This document shows, piece after piece, positions 40,265-52,772 of a DNA stretch of 64,000 nt. This stretch comes from Lingula anatina. Its lineage: Eukaryota > Animalia > Brachiopoda. Under the pieces are notes generated by a model. It saw only the letters and a list, made by a program, of their open reading frames with translations. It was not told the origin of the DNA and did no database searches. The number at the start of each line of letters is the position of its first letter. Within the stretch, counting starts at the first letter, position 1. The DNA lies in the NCBI GenBank assembly GCA_051362555.1, contig CM120643.1, positions 24,866,848 to 24,930,847 of the forward strand. The letters run 5' to 3'. The translations under genes were made by a program, and so were the position numbers.

Positions 40265-43097
40265 ATGAATTCACAAGCGGAAGGACGCAGTGACATCATT
40301 TTGTATCATTCACCATTGTTGTATGCAACACGCAAGGTATGCGTATTTTCAAGGACATTTCTAGCAGTACATTTCAAGTAATTGTATGATTAAGATGTGT
40401 TAACAGATTGCAACATTTGGTTCAAGTTTAACTTCAGCCCGACCTTAGCTAAGGTCAACCTTCAAAGCCCGGCTGAAAGTTAAGGCAGAAGTGCTTAGCA
40501 TATGTTTGTGAATTGCAAATATTTATTTTATATAAAGTCTTATAACTAGAATAACATTCTTATTTTTATGGAGACCAATTTGTTATAGCATGCACCAAGC
40601 TATGTATCAATGATAACCTGAAAATGCTGAAATGTATGTTTTATATGATAATTTAAAATTTAATGCAAAAATAATATTCTGTTACCCACTGCCAGGTTGT
40701 TATGTATCTTCAAGAAAGGAAGATTCCATACAAGTCCTTCTGCGTGGATTTTATAGGATATGAACATTATGAGCCTTGGTTCATAAATTTAAATGGCAAG
40801 CGAGAATTACCAGTGATAAAGCACAGAGGAAATGTGGTAAATGTCAGAGATCCGGAACAAATGATGGATTACTTGGAAAAAGAATTTGGTAAGGTATTAT
40901 GCACAGCACACTTGTCCTTAATGACCGACAAAATTTTCCATTGCATATGATTAAGTACCAGTACTAGTACATTGTTCATATTAATTAGACATAAATATTA
41001 TTCAAAATAAAGACTTTAATATATTTAGTGAATATATGATGTTGTGCTCTTAAGTATGTTTTATTTCTGGAATTTAGAACTGTATACAGTTTTTAGTGGC
41101 CATAGGCATTATGTTCTTTTTTTTCTGGAGTGGGGTCAGTTGAGAGAGTCAACAGGCAGAATTTGAAATCATAAACACTTTGGTGCCTCTCACAAACAGC
41201 AGACATTTATCAACAACAAACACAAATCATACTGTTCAATATAATTTTTTTTATATTTCAGATACTCCACCAAAATTAGCCTTAGCTGACCAGAATAAGA
41301 CAGAGCAGAAAAAATACCAACAGATGAGAGAAAAGATGCAAAATTTGCGCATGGACATAATATTTTTTGGTTGTATGAAGTATCCAGAACTAACAAGTGG
41401 CATGCAGTTCTCTCCAAGGGAGATGAAGTGGTTTATGGGTGAGTATATTGTATTTAGGTATGGTGTAGTAAGATATACACAGAAACAATGACCATATATG
41501 ATAAGGAAGCTTGTTTTTCCCATTTAGATGACTGAAACAGATCAGGATATTTCTTTCTATGCCGAGACACTATTGAAACAGTTCTGAAGGTCAAAATTTT
41601 TAATGTTATTTGAAACAATTTATGTTGACATCCTACAGAAAATGTTTATTTGATATATTAATATAATGATTGCTGGTGGCTTGTAGCTGAATAAATTATA
41701 TGCTAATGTTTCAGACTGAAATAATCTTGTAAATATCTTTTTATCTATATGATAGAACTGCAGGGCAACAAGAGTCAGGCACTTCAGAAATGTGAGAAGA
41801 AATATCCATCGTTACGGCAGCACTACATTACTAGGTAAAGAGTGACACTGATCAGCAGTAAATGAGTGACAGAATCCATATCTCACTGTTTTCATTACTT
41901 TCATTTGCTTATATTTTTCTCACACCATTTACATAAAAAACTCTGTTTATATTTTATATCAGTCAGTCATTTTATTGGCAAATTTCAGGTGCAAATTTAA
42001 AATGACACAGTTTTGTAATGACACTGGTTGACATTTTTTGTACAGCTCAGAATTTCAAAGTACATTTGTAAAGATCTGGACAACGTGTGTGTGTGTGTGT
42101 GTGTGCGTGCGTGCATGCATGCGTGCGTGTGTGTGTAATTGCCATTGCCCCAAATAAGGAAACAGGAAAGAAAATGTAATTTTGTGTCAAAAATTTGCCC
42201 ATATTCCTTTAAGAATTTATTTTTGACATTCTAAGATAAAGATTCAGAATTGTTCACAGTTTTTTATAATCATGAGAACTTATTTATCATCTCCAGCCTT
42301 GATAAAATAAAGCACTTAGACAAAGAATGGGAGGACAAGGTGCGTGTCATGGAGAGACTGGAAGATGTGGAGGCCATTTTGGATCAAGTGGAAAGACAGC
42401 TGGTCACACAAAATGGAACGGGTAAGTGAAGGATTCCCAACAATCATCAATTCATCACATTGTTTTGGATAGATATGATTTGCATTTTAAATAGTACTCC
42501 ACTGAACTGAACTGAAGATATTAGAGAGTTCCTTTGCTGGTGAAATACGATTGGGTAGAAAGTAAGTCATTGGTTTGTGTGCACCTGTGACATTAACTGT
42601 GTTCAAATCCTGTTGTCAGATCGAGTCTGCAGGATACAAGCTCTTGTATCGAGTTGGTGCAATAGAACATTATTTAAGGCAATGATTGGTCATTTATATG
42701 CCCTTTATACTTTTTTTATAATAGTCAAAGTGCATAAGAATAGAATCTCTTTGGTATTACACATATTATTGATGTTTTTGATTTTTTTTCTTTTTCAGGA
42801 GACACTTATCTGTTTGGAAAGCAGTTCACAATAGGGGACATTGATCTAATAATCCTACTGCAGCAACTGGATGTTTTAAGTCTATCAGAAAGATTCTGGG
42901 AAGGGGGCACACGCCCAAAACTGGCTGCTTATTACAACAGGGTTAAGAACCGGCCGTCCCTTAAAGTGGCAGTGGAGGTGAACTTAATGAAACACATTCT
43001 CTATCCCAAAATACGCAGGAATGCAGGCTTTCTGATTGGTTCTGTAGTTTTGTTGACTGCTGTTGCCGTGGGAGCCTGGTGGTATACCAGGTCATAA
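40265..43097 (+). CDS. GDAP1: GDAP1-family (GDAP1/GDAP1L1-like) GST-fold tail-anchored protein, 6 coding exons, 314 aa
   Basis: Exons 40265-40336, 40696-40888, 41262-41438, 41756-41834, 42297-42421 and 42799-43097 are all GT-AG and phase-consistent. Motifs IILYH, EHYEPWFINLN..ELPV, LDQVERQL, YLFGKQFTIGDIDL, W...RPKLAAYYNRVKNRPS. C-terminal TM segment GFLIGSVVLLTAVAVGAWWY is flanked by basic residues. The exact paralog is uncertain. Confidence 0.9.
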
Positions 43098-46000
43098 TGC
43101 AGGATGTGGATTGGGTGGGTATGGTTGTCATGACAACCATGGTGGTGACAACAACTCTGAAGTGATTAAAATATTTATATTTTTGTGATTTCTTAAAATT
43201 GATTTGATGGAGAGGGATTGAAGTCAAAATATTTTATGGTTTTTATTTTTTAGGTTCCATTTTTTTTGTTTTTGTAATTTTATATGTGTGTGAAGTGAGA
43301 AAGGGAAATGAATTTGGAAAGTGTTTTTCTCTTTGCCAATATTTGTATTTAATTTTGTTTATTCTAACTAGTGCCTGAAATGCATTAGTTTAGTGGATTT
43401 ACCACAAACATGAGATTCTGAAACTTGAAGATCTGAAGCAAAACATAATTATTGTACAATTTACCCAATAAAGGCTTTTCATTTGTATGTATAAGATATA
43501 GCAATGCATTTTATCAACTTAATATTCCAAAATAGTATCCATTATTATTTATACATGTTAATATTGTGGCAGCTCCATTTTATGTATGACATGTCCTCAG
43601 TGCTTTTTGATCAATTGTTAATGTCACTGCTTTGTACTTTTACTTCAAACTCAATTGTTAATAATATATGTTCTCTATGATTTAAGTGATTTTAATCAAG
43701 AGCGAAGGGTTGTTATTTTCAGCATGAAAATGTTAGTATCTTAACAAGATTTTTTTCACAAATATGCATTATTTATGGACCGGTTGGTAATGTAATTATA
43801 ATAATTTCTTCCCTATTTGCTTGTTGTTGCCCAAAATTTGAAATGTGACTGCATTCCCCTGTTAAGGTTTTGCTCCATTTTAAAAAGGTCAATTCAACTA
43901 AAATGTAAAAGCTATGCTCACTGTTGTGTGTTTGGTTGTCAAGGGTATGATAAAGGAGTGTTTTTAGTTCATAGAATTATTGAAGAGAAACATTTTATGA
44001 AGTGAAAAAATGTTAGGAGTCATTTATTTCATGATTCAAGAGAATAGTAATGTATGGTTTGGATGTTGTTTTTGTTCCTTTAAGAATTATTTTTAATGGA
44101 GGTTGTTGTTTGAATGTGTCACATTAGGATACATGGGTATATTATTTAAAAGATGTAGCCTCCATAAGGAGAGGAAAGCCAACTTAGCTTTCAAACCTCT
44201 GTCTGGTTCTGTCAGGACCATGTGTTTGGAGTAACACTTGTTTTCAGATCTCTTAGTCATGGAATTTATGCTTTTATCAGCAGATATTACATCCTAGTCA
44301 TGTATAATTGTATAAGGTTTGTTATAACATTGCACTGCGTGTCTGTGTGTGCAACGCACATTGGTAAAGAAGGTCACCATTATTTAGTTCCAGCTGAAGT
44401 ATGATATGCTTTTGGGATTTAATACAATGTATATGCTGAAAATTCTACTGCACAAATACCAGTGAGAATAGAGTTACAGGATAGACATGTCATAAATTGC
44501 ATTCTCTCTACTAGTTTTGAACCATGTAAAACAGCTTTGGGTATACATAATACAAGGAAATACGAAATATGTTGTAATAAGCTTTTTAGAGTAATTTTGG
44601 TCTACAAAAAGGTAATAAATTTTGTATTTAAAGACTTTGTATTCGGTTTTATAAGATATATGTAATGACAAGGAAATGCTTGTAAACATGTCTGAACTAA
44701 CTATAATAAATTTTAATAAATATAGTAAAATTACACAGGTGCCAATCTGTAGGGCTAGTCAGATGCAATTTCATCATAATAGTGATGTACCTTTGACACA
44801 AATTAAATAAAACAAAAAAAAATTTTTTTCTATAGATCATTGAAGTTTATTCTCTTTGGTACCTTAATTTAGAAAGTGGCAAAATGAAATTCGAAATTTC
44901 ACAGCCATATTTTTGTGAAAAAAAAACTTAAGGGTGAAGGTACATAAAAAATGTTATGTGGAACTCCTGTGACTTATTCAAGTTCACCATGATATTACAG
45001 TCTACTTGATAAAGTACACAAGATGAAGAAAAATTATCAGATCTCACCAACAGTAAGTACTTGCACACCTGAGCATTTGAAATAAAGTGTACAATGGTGA
45101 TTGTATTTGATGTAAATCATCCTATGCCACTACTTCTGCTTCATCAATAAAACAAGTTTCATTAATATTAACCCTTACGATTGTGCTTTTTGAAAACAGC
45201 CACTTTTGAATTTGGATTGTACAATTATATCTTATTGATAAAAATAGGCTTTCATCTGCAGCCACAGCTAAACCACTACTCTTTGTACTCCAAAAAGGTT
45301 GAGTTAAATATTTCATACCAATTATGTGATTAGAATATTCAAACATTGCTGGTCTAAGGGCACTTCTGCCATTAAAACATCTTTGGTATCTACACAGAAA
45401 TATATTAAAGGGGAGAGCAAGCACAGTGATCAATTGCAAATTGTGTATATTCAACCATAGCTATTGCAACTGCAGTTAAGCAATTTTCTTATTAGTCATA
45501 TAATGACCATAACTGAAGAAATTACGCAAAAATAATTGTACTGAATAAATACTTCAGCTTTGGATTTCTTAGTCAGACCCACATAAAGAAAATACTTAAC
45601 TTTGAGACCAAACCTGGCATTAACTACCAGTTTAAAATGTGGTACTCACTTGCATAATACAGTGTAAAACTATGTCGAGTCAATTGTGATAGATTCAGCA
45701 AAAACAGCACCAGTTATTTGTTTACATTAAGTGTGTTCTTTCAAACAACAGAAATCTGATTCTGTTAACAACAGATCTATCAATCTGCAGGCTAGAATCT
45801 TCTTTGTACAGACCATACTATTCTTGTTTCAAAATCCCTAATACCAAACTGCGCTAGTTATAACCATTTATAAATATTTCAGAATTTTTCAAATTTATAC
45901 ACACAGTTTCTAAGAATTTCCATTACTCATTATCTTTTACCAGTTTCTGGATAGAAAATATATTCTTTTGGGTCTGTTACTGGGAACTGCATAGAATATC

Positions 46001-46116
46001 AATTAAAATTATGGCAAGAGTGACACTGTATTCTTGAATGCTGACATTGAACCTGAACCTTTATTTAATTGAAAAGGCATTTTTGTGATAGGCAACTAAA
46101 ACAAATGCTACACTAA

Positions 46117-46303
46117 GACCCCATTCCCAGAGATTAGATCGATCCAAGTAGATTGACCTAACTCCCTGGGGGTTCACACTAAATAGCTGTCAGCCAACAT
46201 TTTGTAGTAACGGGGTAATTTAATTTAAGCTGGATTATCTGATAGAAATCTAGTGAGACTCCCCACGGGGATAGATCGATCTAAAATCTATGGGAATGCA
46301 CCC
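46117..46303 (+). mobile_element. MITE family A, copy 2 (downstream of, probably within, the FITM 3'UTR)
   Basis: TAA|GACCCCATTCCCAGAGA...TCTATGGGAATGCACCC|TAA. Confidence 0.85.
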
Positions 46304-46583
46304 TAAGTGTATCTTTGCTACATAAATATAGACATGAACACATAATTGCACACTTGCACTCACACATATACAAACATAATAAATTAATGTGTACATCTAT
46401 GTGAAATTGCATAGATTGCACCTTTGCTGTGTTCTTTAAAAAAATCTATACAGGGTACCCTTAAAGGTGGTACATACATGTGGTAGCACCAAATATTTTT
46501 TAGAAAGATTAAAGCAGCAGTGTAAGTCCACATTCCCTTTGTAAAACTTGTTAATAGTTCTGGATGCTGCCCACTGTGTGAAG

Positions 46584-47486
46584 TCACCGAGTGTTAATTG
46601 TTCCTTCACCGGGTAACTTTGGTGAGTAGTCAGATAAATACCACATCTGATAACTTACAAACCAGCACCCAATGGCAATGAAAGCCCCCACCACTTTCTG
46701 AGCAATCGTATGATAGTACAGTGTAGTGATAACAAGCATCACTTCCCATAGTAAAGTCAACATTGTTAGTACCACTGTCATTCCTTTAACAATATAGTTA
46801 TACTGTAGATGTCCCTCTTTCACTTTCTGCAGAGTATCACCGTCTAGCCTATAGGGGGAGGTTTCGTCGCCCTCGCTCTGAATAACAAGACGCACCTTGT
46901 CCCATGACTTGAGACACTTCACCTCCTCGGAGATCATCAGCAGGTTATGAATCAATAGGAAGGCGTGCCCTGAGATATCAAACCCTATCCATATGTGGCC
47001 GCCACGGTAGCAGGTGCGTTTATCTGTCAGGTCCTTCATGGAACAGAATCCCGACTGGTGCTCTACGATTTCGAACACGTTCGTCCAAATGTACCACCAG
47101 AAAGTCCCCACGGCCAGCCGAGACATGTGCCTCCCGATTTTACGGCGATCTCCCCCACAGCTGATGTACATGGTGAAGAAGATAAACAGCCCCAACATGG
47201 CACAAGTCCATCCCCACCCAACACGCACGAAAAATTTGTTGAGAATGCTATTTTTATCCGCAAGGTACATCCGAGGCGGACGGAACAAGTCGCAAATCAA
47301 GGATCCTACACATACGATTATTAAGTAAGCCCCGATCTTAGCTGATGTGTCGATGAAGAGATATCTCTTACAAGTGTTATTGATCATCGCTGATATCACG
47401 GCCTGGACATTGGTTGGACCTGGCAATGACTTTTTGCCATCTTTTCTAAAGGCTCCAGCTGGCACCGACCGTCTGTTCGTAGCCAT
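46584..47486 (-). CDS. FITM2: Fat storage-inducing transmembrane protein (FIT2-like acyl-CoA diphosphatase), single exon, 300 aa
   Basis: Uninterrupted ORF with FIT motifs K.SILNKFFVRVGWGWT, GFDISGHAFLL..LLMISEE and LWEVML..T.LYYHT..QK. Both catalytic His residues are present, with about 6 hydrophobic segments. Confidence 0.95.
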   Translation of the reverse strand: MATNRRSVPAGAFRKDGKKSLPGPTNVQAVISAMINNTCKRYLFIDTSAKIGAYLIIVCVGSLICDLFRPPRMYLADKNSILNKFFVRVGWGWTCAMLGLFIFFTMYISCGGDRRKIGRHMSRLAVGTFWWYIWTNVFEIVEHQSGFCSMKDLTDKRTCYRGGHIWIGFDISGHAFLLIHNLLMISEEVKCLKSWDKVRLVIQSEGDETSPYRLDGDTLQKVKEGHLQYNYIVKGMTVVLTMLTLLWEVMLVITTLYYHTIAQKVVGAFIAIGCWFVSYQMWYLSDYSPKLPGEGTINTR

Positions 47487-47716
47487 TTTGGAAGGATATC
47501 TATTGCGTATCGATACTCTCGTTTAGCGGTCAGCTCGTCTTGCAGTTGCAATTTAAACAAGAATCAAATTGAATCTATAAAGGCATTATTTGAAATAAAA
47601 TGTACAATTTTAATTTACTTCAACACCTCTCTCAGGTTTGTTTTAAGGAATCTGGAGAAACATGTGCGTCAACATTTATTGTCTTAGCCGTGAAACGAGG
47701 TCAAATTTTTTAAAAG

Positions 47717-49114
47717 TTTTTTTTTTATTCACGAAAATTAATACAGGACATTTTACAACACAATGAGATACAAAGACACCTCTCACACACCATTCACACA
47801 CTGAAAAAATTCTTACAAATAGTTATTAAAATACATGTAGAATGTTTTAAATAAAAGAATCTTAGTAGGCCTAGGCTATGACCAATGTTCCTTTCTATTC
47901 ATATGAATATTTTTTCTATACTTTCCCATTTTTGTCTTAGATCAACTGCCTTTCTATTTTCTTCTGCTTTTCCAAATACTTTTTGCAGGCATCCCAGAGC
48001 GGTTTAATTTTATTCTGTCTACATAGAATGAAATAATTCTTTATACGAAGGAGTAGTAGATTAAGACCTACATGTATATGCGAGGGCTGTCGTCCAAGAA
48101 TCCAAATATAAACAGGCAAGATTTTTGTTCTAATTCAACAGAGTACTGTGTACGTAGGTTCTGAATGAAACGAGTCCTAATAGCTTGGAAAAGTGTACAA
48201 ACCCAGAAAATATGCAATCAAATTTCTTTTGGGTCATTACAGAAAGTACATCGCTCATGTTCTAACATATTATATTTAAAAAGCATCAAATTCGTGAAAT
48301 TAATTCTATGTAAAATTCTGAATTTCAATGTGAGTAGTTTATGATCATTAGTTTCTCGAAAGGGCAAAGCATGAACTTCCACTTTTCAATTGGAAAATAA
48401 ATGTGCAGCTTTTCCCTCCACTTGTCATGGGTGTAAAAAGGTAATGCTTCCTTGTCAGAAATAAATTTCGGATAAAAAAAGTTTCGTTAATTTGTTTCCC
48501 GATTTTAATAATACGAGAGTTTTATTCGTTATTACTGTAAGGTTCTTTTGGTACCCTCTTATGGGCAGTTTTCCAGGCAGAAGGTAAAGTGCTGATGACG
48601 CCTTGATAGTCAAGGAAATTGCAATCTACATTATATTCATCACAAAAAACGTCCAGACTTTTTACTGAACCAGTATAATCAATCAGGTTATTAACGTAAA
48701 GAACTCCTTTCAGAAACTAAGTTTTATAAAAGATTATCTTTTTATTGATCTTAATATAATTATTTCCCCAGCCCTAGAATATCATCCGGAGATGTAGTAG
48801 AAAATTTTTGCACAGAAGCCCATATCCCTAAAATCTTTTTTCCAGAAAGTATTTAGTTTATTAATATTGCGTATATGCTGTAAGCCATTCAATGGAAGTA
48901 GCAATACGTCAATTCCCCCAATTCCGCAATATCATCCATCAAAAGAGTTTTCCACGAGGAACAATTATGTGGATTTACCAATTTCTTTAGCTATATCAAT
49001 TTAAGGGATTTACAGAAGGATTTCACCTCGGGGACCTTTAACCCACCGTTTTCATAATAATTAATCATAACTTTTCTCTTAACTTTATCTATTTTACTGT
49101 TCCAGATAAAACGA

Positions 49115-49151
<37 letters not shown>

Positions 49152-49500
49152 GCACCAATTCTTTAAAGAAATGATCAGCAGGCATAGGAAGGACAGTTAA
49201 TATTTGGATGATGGTAGGGAGTGCCAAGAATTTTAAAATAGTCACTTTACCTAGGAGTGAAATATGACGGAACGACCAATCATTTAACAATGATTTGATG
49301 GAATGCAATTTTCTCTAAAATTTTCTTCATTAATTTCATCCTTTGCTAGGTTATACCAAAACCCAGTAGTTTAAATTTCCCACTATGATTCCAAGAAATA
49401 CTTTTAGAGGTTTGATACTCCTCACCACAGCCGCGCTTTGCTCCGACCCAAACAGCTTGGCTTTTTTCAAAATTTATTTTCAATAAAAGAGATTTAGCCA
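47717..49500 (-). mobile_element. 5'-truncated, degenerate L1/Tx1-clade LINE (ORF2 C-terminal part and 3' tail)
   Basis: LKINFEKS..VWVG, FKLLG, W..RHISLLGKVTILK.LALP, FIWNSKIDKVKR....YENGGLKVP, and a CTFCNDPKE..HIFWVC zinc knuckle near 48250. Many stops and frameshifts. Ends in AATAAAAAAAAAA. Confidence 0.88.
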
Positions 49501-52500
49501 ATAAAAAGGATGATACTTCCGCAAGTAGCCTAGACATTATCAACACGTACCTGTAATTATAAACACATGCATTCACCCCCTTCAAATAACCCTGGATCTG
49601 CCCCTGCAACTTATGTACACCAATGTACCTTCAAATGCTGTTGTGAAGAATATCGGAACAAAACAAATAAAATTGGAAATTTAAAAAATTTTCAATTTTT
49701 GGTTTGTCGAGATAATTTTACAAAAAAAAGGAGGCATTTAAGTAACTTAAGGACACTTAAAATATCGATACTTGGTATGTAAACGAAAGACACATTACAT
49801 TACATTACATTTTTTTTTTTTTTTTTTTTTTTTTGAGATTATGGAAAATGCACACTGGTGAGAAAATGGATGCAAATGGAACAGGAACAGATGAATATTC
49901 AAGAAGTTTTAACTAGAACTTCACCGTCATGCCAAGTGCCAAGTGCACAGCTACCAGCTAGAGAACTTGTTTATTTGGCCTCACTGTAGCAGTCAATAAA
50001 TGATCAATGGAATCAGTAAGCATATGAAATACATGTACGGCAATGTGATGATATGTTCCTTCGATACACCAGTTAGCCGACCACCCATAGCAAAATATCA
50101 GGTCTGCTAAAAATTTGCCGCAAATTTGCTGCAATATGGCTGAAAATACGCAGCCATAAATTTTTTCTTGCAAACTCGTTGCTGGAAACTTTAATGTTCT
50201 TACTTTTGCAAGCATAAGACCCCTTTTTTATCTTATCATGTCATATTTCAGTACAATGCTGCATCACACAGATTCTCTGGTTTTTACACATCTTTCCACT
50301 CTAAGCTATTCTTCAATTTAAATATTCCCTTGTTTGGTAATGGTGTAATGTTTTACTCTTACAGGTACATAATATCATTATTATTCATTTTTTTAAAATA
50401 GTTCTCTATTATTAGCAATCAATCAAATTATCGTAATTGAACAATTAGGTAATGGACAATTGACTTGAGTTCACAACGTCTGCTCATATAGAAATTTCCA
50501 TTAAAGAATGACATCTAATCGTTCTTGTTGCTATCTTTTACATTCCGGTACTCTGACGCTTTAATTTCCATCTGTGGCTCATTGACATGTAAGATTCAAA
50601 GTCGCTGACTGTAAATATCATTTCATTTAATCAAGAAAATAATATTAATAAATGTTCATCACGATAATGATGTAGTCAATTAAAACTTTTTTGTCTGTTT
50701 ATTACCCTAAAAAGCCTATACCTGAAAGTAAAGACATATGACATGAGTCAATTGTGATCAACTCTGTTTTAAAAGTATGTAAACATGTTCCTTAAATTCG
50801 TGTTTTGGCGCACGTTGAAACACACGTACCTTCATAATGGCATTATAAATGTTTCATGCCGAATTACTTTCCTGAATAACAACGGATTCTTTTCTAACTG
50901 ACTAGCTAGACTGTTCAATATCCAGATAAACTGGACACCGAAAGAAAGCGACACGATGCGGAAAGAACAGTGAATTTTTGCGTGATTCTCAATTCATCAC
51001 AGATCAAAAAGGAAAGGGAACTTAGCCTGCAACAGAACAAAACAAGATATTAAAAAAATCAAACAGTAATTCTACCGTGGTTGGTAGCACCATGTTTCAG
51101 CCCATAATGTTTGTCTGCTAGTAAGTTAACGTACTAGCTTCTTCCCAAAGGACCAGTCTTAATCGGACCGCAAACGCCAATATGACGTCCGTTATCCGTG
51201 ATGTCTGCCTCGCGTGATGTGCACATATGGTGTAGCGCTCCTCCTATAGATCGGTTTCTCACATTATGTTAGTTTCAAAACTAATATAATTCAGCTGATA
51301 TTGATGAAAAGAATCGTTACAAAGCTGGTGAGTTTAGAGGAGGAAGGGAATTTTTTCTGAAACGTGTCGTTTGTTACATATCAACACAATTATAATGGTT
51401 TTTTTATTTTTCTTTTGTAAATGATACTTTTGTTTATTTATTTATTTATTTATTTATTTTTTGTTTTTGTTTAAATAAACTCTCTCTCTCTCACTCTTTT
51501 CATACAATGGTAAAAGCACAGATTTTTATCCTCACTAGTAAATCAACACATACACTGTATATATATTTTTGGGGCGAGACGGTATTACTCCCCTGACTAA
51601 TCAACGAGATAGGCCCGTTGTTGCGTGTTTGACAATAACGTGGACTAATCCATTAATGAATTCTGTTATGGTACATTTATTATTTTATAAACAAACTAAT
51701 GGAACTGCATTTCACCATTTCTACATGTAGCAATGCCACATCTTACATTTCTGATAGTCTTGTTACCTACTAAAACCGCATCAAGGACAACTTCATGTTC
51801 AGTTCCTTCCGAAGGGAAAAGACGATTAATTGCAATCAACCGGCTGCTTAAAGCCCTTTGGAAACTCAAGTAGATCTAACAAGCGTTTGACAGGAGAGCA
51901 TTAGCATGGAGTTGCAATAGAGCGACTACGCGTGGATGGCTCATCCAGATATCGCCAAACACCTTCAAGAAATATAAAAAAAATGTATGCCTCTAGGAAA
52001 GGATAGCACATTTTTCAACAAGCTTAGTACACATTTCAGTGTGTCCCAAAGGTGAATTTTCTGTGTTTACCTGGCAACTTGAACCTTCCTTGACAGCCAT
52101 CCTAAAACAAAGTGTTCCCCAAGACTTAATAAGGAATTTCTTGGAGGAAAGAATAAATAAATAAATAAATAAATTATAAAGAAATAAATAAAATAGTGCG
52201 CTTTGTGGTATACATGACGATGTAAAAGAAACTTTATCTTCAGCTTCAATATCAATGTCAGTTCCGTTGATATCTGTGTATAAGGTATAAAAGAGGAAGG
52301 ACAACCAAGATAGGAGATAATTTGAAGAAGGAACGACATGCTTTTTGTTTTACTTTTAATTGCAGTATGTTAGGGGATATGACTGAGGCTATTCAAAGAA
52401 TCGGAGAAAGCTTTGCACTACACTGCCCATGAGTAGAGAAAGTACCCGCAGTACCAAGATGGCTGGATCGAAGGTAATGAATTGAAGAAACAATTTGTAG

Positions 52501-52533
52501 TGTAAAAGGGCAAAGTGACGTTTTTCTCACTCA

Positions 52534-52772
52534 GGCCCCATTCCCATAAACACCATCGGTCTACCCAGATCGATCCAACTCTGCGGGAATCTGAAGTGAG
52601 TGATGAGCCTCTTCCTCCTGCGTTTCGAAGACTACAGAAAAGCTTTTGATCATACAAGTAAGTAGGAAACAAGAAGAGGCATGTCATTCAGTTAAGCTGA
52701 TTGCACTCAGCGAGAGTCCCCACAGAGCTGGAGCGATCTACGTAGACCGATAGCGTCTATAGAAATGTGGTC
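52534..52772 (+). mobile_element. MITE family B, full-length copy
   Basis: GGCCCCATTCCCATAAACACCATCGGTCTAC...GTAGACCGATAGCGTCTATAGAAATGTGGTC imperfect TIRs. Confidence 0.75.

Noticed and set aside
46995-47328. Antisense and alternate-frame ORFs over FITM (similarly 56247-56932 over the EGF-like gene)
   Set aside because: By-products of GC-richer coding sequence with no independent motifs
51893-51925. Partial resemblance to miR-281 (catggagttgc)
   Set aside because: The seed and 3' end do not match and no precursor hairpin forms
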